Shown: positions 61,164 through 64,000 of the stretch, one piece after another
Position numbering within the stretch: position 1 is the first letter of the stretch
Layout of the letters: every line of letters starts with the position of its first letter
DNA from: Longimicrobiales bacterium
GTDB taxonomy: Bacteria; Gemmatimonadota; Gemmatimonadetes; Longimicrobiales; Gaopeijiaceae
Reading direction: 5' to 3'
Length of the DNA stretch: 64,000 bases
NCBI GenBank assembly: GCA_965226375.1
Contig: CBDDCX010000006.1
Location: 512,001 to 576,000 of the forward strand
Made by a program: the position numbers and the translations under genes
The notes under the pieces: model-generated
Databases searched by the model: none
Told to the model about the DNA's origin: nothing
Seen by the model: only the letters and a program-made list of their open reading frames with translations

Positions 61164-61819
61164 GGCGTGTTCCACGTCATCGGGCCACCGTAGATCGTGC
61201 TGACCGGGTGCAGGCGGAACTCGAAGTCGGTCACGACACCGAAGTTGCCGCCGCCGCCGCGAAGCGCCCAGAAGAGGTCGGCGTTGTCGTCTTCGCTCGC
61301 GTGCACGAGCTCGCCGTTCCCGGTCACGACGTCCGCGGAGATGAGATTGTCGATCGAGAGCCCGTGCCCGCGCGTGAGGTACCCGATGCCGCCGCCGAGG
61401 GTGAGGCCGCCGATGCCGGTGGTTGACACGACGCCGCCCACGGTCGCTAGACCGAATGCGTGGGTCGCGTGGTCGAGGTCGCCCCATAGGCAGCCGCCTT
61501 GGGCGCGGGCGGACTTATTGCGCGGATCGACGCGCGTCCCCCGCATCGACGACAGATCGAGGACCACGCCGCCATCGTTCGTTCCGAACCCGGGCACGCT
61601 GTGCGAGCCACCTCGGATCGACAGGTCCGCGCCCGTCTCCCCGGCGAAACGCACTACAGATATGACGTCCGCCTGATCCGAAGTACGGACGATCGCCTTC
61701 GGGCGCTTGTCGATCATCCCGTTGTAGACCCTGCGCGCCTCTTCGTAACGGTCGTCGTTTTCGGTGATGACCTCTCCGCGCACCTGCTCGCTCAGACTCT
61801 CGATCGTCGCTTTGCTCAT
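61164..61819 (-). pseudogene. 5' half of an FAD-binding (BBE/6-hydroxy-D-nicotine oxidase-like) oxidoreductase
   Basis: [45 protein letters not shown]; truncated by the partial IS. Confidence 0.88.
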
Positions 61820-61845
61820 ATGGGGTATTGCCTTAAGTCCACCGC

Positions 61846-61861
61846 CCACTACATGTTGTGG
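61846..61861. promoter_or_regulatory. NrdR-box-like palindrome in the IS left end (also at 4336, 59782, 60912)
   Basis: CCACTACATGTTGTGG fits all strongly conserved positions of acaCwAtATaTwGtgt. Confidence 0.6.
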
Positions 61862-62844
61862 TCATGGCGGTTCCGGCTTCTCAGCTCCGTGGCGGCGTGG
61901 ACTATCCCCGTACGCGGCTGGAGTTGGACGAGTTCTTCCCCGACGATGCGGCATGCCTGGAGTACGTGGAGGGTCTGCGCTGGCCGGAAGGGTTTGTGTG
62001 CGTGGGCTGTGGCGGGTTGGGAGAGGTCTGGCGAGCATCGCGGGGGCGTCTCGTCTGCCCACACTGTCGAAGGCAGACCTCGGTGCTGGCGGGAACCGTG
62101 TTCCACCGCACGCGCTCGCCCCTGCGTCTGTGGTTTCTCGCTGCCTGGGAGCTCACGAGCCAGAAATACGGAGCCAATGCTCTCGGGCTCCAGCGCGTGC
62201 TCGGACTGGGAAGCTACAAGACAGCGTGGGTCTGGCTCCACAAGCTCCGCCGGGCCATGGTCCGACCGGATCGCGACCAGCTGAGCGGCGTTGTGCAAGT
62301 GGACGAGAGCTATGTCGGGGGCGTGGAGGCTGGAGTGCGGGGCCGCGAGACGATCAAGAAGGCCATCGTCGCGATCGCCGCCGAGGTCGACGGACGCAAG
62401 ATCGGGAGAATACGGCTGCGTTGGGTGCCCGACCTCTCCGCTCCGGTTCTGCGAGGCTTCGTCAAGGATAGCATCGCACCGGCAAGCACGGTGCATACCG
62501 ACGGATGGCCAAGCTATCAGGGACTCGCCAAACTGGGCTTTCGCCACACGGTCACGAACCTCTCGACCTCCGGCGATCCCGCTCACGTGCTCATGTCGGC
62601 CGTACATCGGGTGGCGTCTCTCCTCAAGCGCTGGGTCCTCGGAACCCTCCAAGGAGGGATCGCCCGCGAACACCTCCCCTACTATCTGGACGAGTTCACC
62701 TTTCGCTTCAACCGACGCACATCCCGGGCTCGCGGCCTGTTGTTCTACCGCTTGCTTGAGCAGGCTGTTCAGTGTGCTCCCACGCCAGCTTCGGCCCTTT
62801 ACCTCGGCACCGGACGTGGGAAACGGCCCGCAGAGCCCCGGTAA
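61858..62844 (+). CDS. IS1595-family transposase, copy 3
   Basis: Protein identical to the other two full copies. Confidence 0.95.
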   Translation: MVMAVPASQLRGGVDYPRTRLELDEFFPDDAACLEYVEGLRWPEGFVCVGCGGLGEVWRASRGRLVCPHCRRQTSVLAGTVFHRTRSPLRLWFLAAWELTSQKYGANALGLQRVLGLGSYKTAWVWLHKLRRAMVRPDRDQLSGVVQVDESYVGGVEAGVRGRETIKKAIVAIAAEVDGRKIGRIRLRWVPDLSAPVLRGFVKDSIAPASTVHTDGWPSYQGLAKLGFRHTVTNLSTSGDPAHVLMSAVHRVASLLKRWVLGTLQGGIAREHLPYYLDEFTFRFNRRTSRARGLLFYRLLEQAVQCAPTPASALYLGTGRGKRPAEPR

Positions 62845-62860
62845 CCACTATATCTTGGGG
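62845..62860. promoter_or_regulatory. NrdR-box-like palindrome in the IS right end (also at 60781)
   Basis: CCACTATATCTTGGGG fits all strongly conserved positions of the NrdR box consensus. Confidence 0.6.
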
Positions 62861-63465
62861 TCGGTGGACTTAAGGGAATACCCCCTTAGGGCCAAGTCCA
62901 CGATGCCGGACGCCGGAAACCAAATGGGCCACTCCCATACGTTTCGAGCGAATAGGCTGAAGGTGAGGATCATCATCAACGCGAGCCAGAACGACGGCAT
63001 CGAATAGAAGAACAGGGCCAAGACCGACGACACGTTGTCGAGGATGGAATACTGCCGGACGGCCTGGATGACTCCGAGGCAGATCCCGAGGATGAAGGCG
63101 ATCACGACGGCCGTTCCGGACAGGAGCAACGTATTCGGCAGGATCTCCTTGATGATGTCGCGGACCGGTCGGTTCTCCGAGAAGGAGTATCCCAAGTCTC
63201 CTTTCGCCAAGGCCCCCATCCACTTCACATAGCGGACGTGGACCGGACGGTCGAGACCCATGTTCACCCGGATCTGTTCGACGGTCTCGGCAGAGAGGCT
63301 GGGACTGACGTATCTGAGCGCCGGATCTCCGGGCGCCAGGTTTACGACGAAGAAGAGAATTGTGGCCACCCCGAGTACGAGCGGGATCACCCCGAGGAGT
63401 CTTCGCCCGATGTACCGGGTCACGCGGCGTGCTCCCGGGTCAACACGACCTCGGTCGACAGGACA

Positions 63466-64000
63466 CTAGCGCCCGCGGCCTCTCCGCTGATCGGCTGGGA
63501 TCCACCAATCTTTGGTGCTCTGCCACTCGCCGCGAACATCGGTAACCACGTTCTGGAGTCGCCTGTTGACCCCGTCGAGTCGATCGGCAGCGTAGGTGAA
63601 CGCGAAAGGCTGTTCATCGACCAGAAGCTCCTGATACTCCCGCCAGGCAACCTTGGCCTCTTCTCGATCGACAATCAGCGGAATCCGGTCCAGGTAGGCG
63701 TCCATGTCCGACCGCTGCGTTCCTGCGAAGCCCCACGCCGTGTTCGCGCTGACGCTGTGGAACAGGGGAGCGTCGTTCTGGACGAAGTCCATGTTGAAGC
63801 CAATGACCCACCCGTCGAAATCCCTCAACGAGGGATCGGTAACCTGCCCGATTAGGGTGGTCAGTTCGACGGACACAGGCCTAGCCTCGATGCCGACGTC
63901 GGCGAGCTGAGCCTGCATGATCTCCGCCACAGCCTGGCGTGCAGGGTCCGGGTTGAACTTGAGCTCGAGCGAGAGCGGGACGCCCCCGGGGTTCTCCCGA
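63466..64000 (-). CDS. Peptide ABC substrate-binding protein (OppA/DppA family), 3' part only
   Basis: AEIMQAQLADVGIE, YQELLVDEQP; lies directly upstream of the oppB-C-D-F genes. Confidence 0.85.
   Translation of the reverse strand, partial: RENPGGVPLSLELKFNPDPARQAVAEIMQAQLADVGIEARPVSVELTTLIGQVTDPSLRDFDGWVIGFNMDFVQNDAPLFHSVSANTAWGFAGTQRSDMDAYLDRIPLIVDREEAKVAWREYQELLVDEQPFAFTYAADRLDGVNRRLQNVVTDVRGEWQSTKDWWIPADQRRGRGR

Larger units (their letters stand above)
61820..62886 (+). mobile_element. IS1595-family element, copy 3, complete (1067 bp)
   Basis: Terminal inverted repeats with 34/41 identity from the GGGGTATT run inward; the whole array is flanked by a near-perfect 8-bp duplication TTGGGCCA (59748-59755) / TAGGGCCA (62887-62894). 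Confidence 0.95.
59295..63423 (-). pseudogene. Oligopeptide ABC permease (OppB/DppB-type) split by the IS1595 array
   Basis: N-half 62887-63423 (MTRYIGRRLL...FPASGIVDLA) and C-half 59295-59755 (AQYPFM...DFVRTARAKGL...DPRIRYD) rejoin in frame. Confidence 0.92.

Noticed and set aside
1..64000. CRISPR array, tRNA or rRNA genes
   Set aside because: No regularly spaced repeat-spacer series, cloverleaf or rRNA signature was seen by eye; the only long repeats are IS copies
1..64000. Many long overlapping or antisense ORFs in the ORF track (e.g. 31621-32937, 18254-19273, 52595-53578, 60227-61426)
   Set aside because: They are shadows of well-supported genes in a GC-rich genome, Arg/Pro-rich and without motifs

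Overview
GC-rich bacterial chromosomal segment. The gene content suggests Gemmatimonadota (Longimicrobiales-like), but this is inference only. About 45 mostly housekeeping or envelope genes are recognisable, including an ABC exporter, CtaA/COX15, an ECF sigma, trpE, a btuFCD-like transporter, rsgA, two short RpoD-type sigmas, mmsA, pckA, maeB, ssb, polA, a cold-shock protein, a lytic transglycosylase and an opp/dpp operon. Mobile DNA comprises one IS3-family element splitting oppF and four copies (three with a full transposase, one partial) of a 1067-bp IS1595-family element, three of them in a tandem array with captured gene fragments inside oppB. This IS1595 element is the most striking signal. 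Both terminal inverted repeats carry a 16-bp NrdR-box-like palindrome at exactly symmetric positions, the left one lying over the transposase promoter/start. Its reconstructed target in oppB is a 16/20 mimic of its own end. Its left end also carries an outward-facing SD-like sequence that abuts an in-frame start codon at all three full copies. Other notable items are a strong Fur box upstream of the ECF sigma, an apparently catalytically dead SbcD/half-SbcC pair, a His-less pseudo-kinase and an attenuator-like trpE leader. A few 1-2 bp frameshifts and ragged IS junctions may be long-read consensus artefacts and need read-level checking. No rRNA, tRNA or CRISPR array was recognised.
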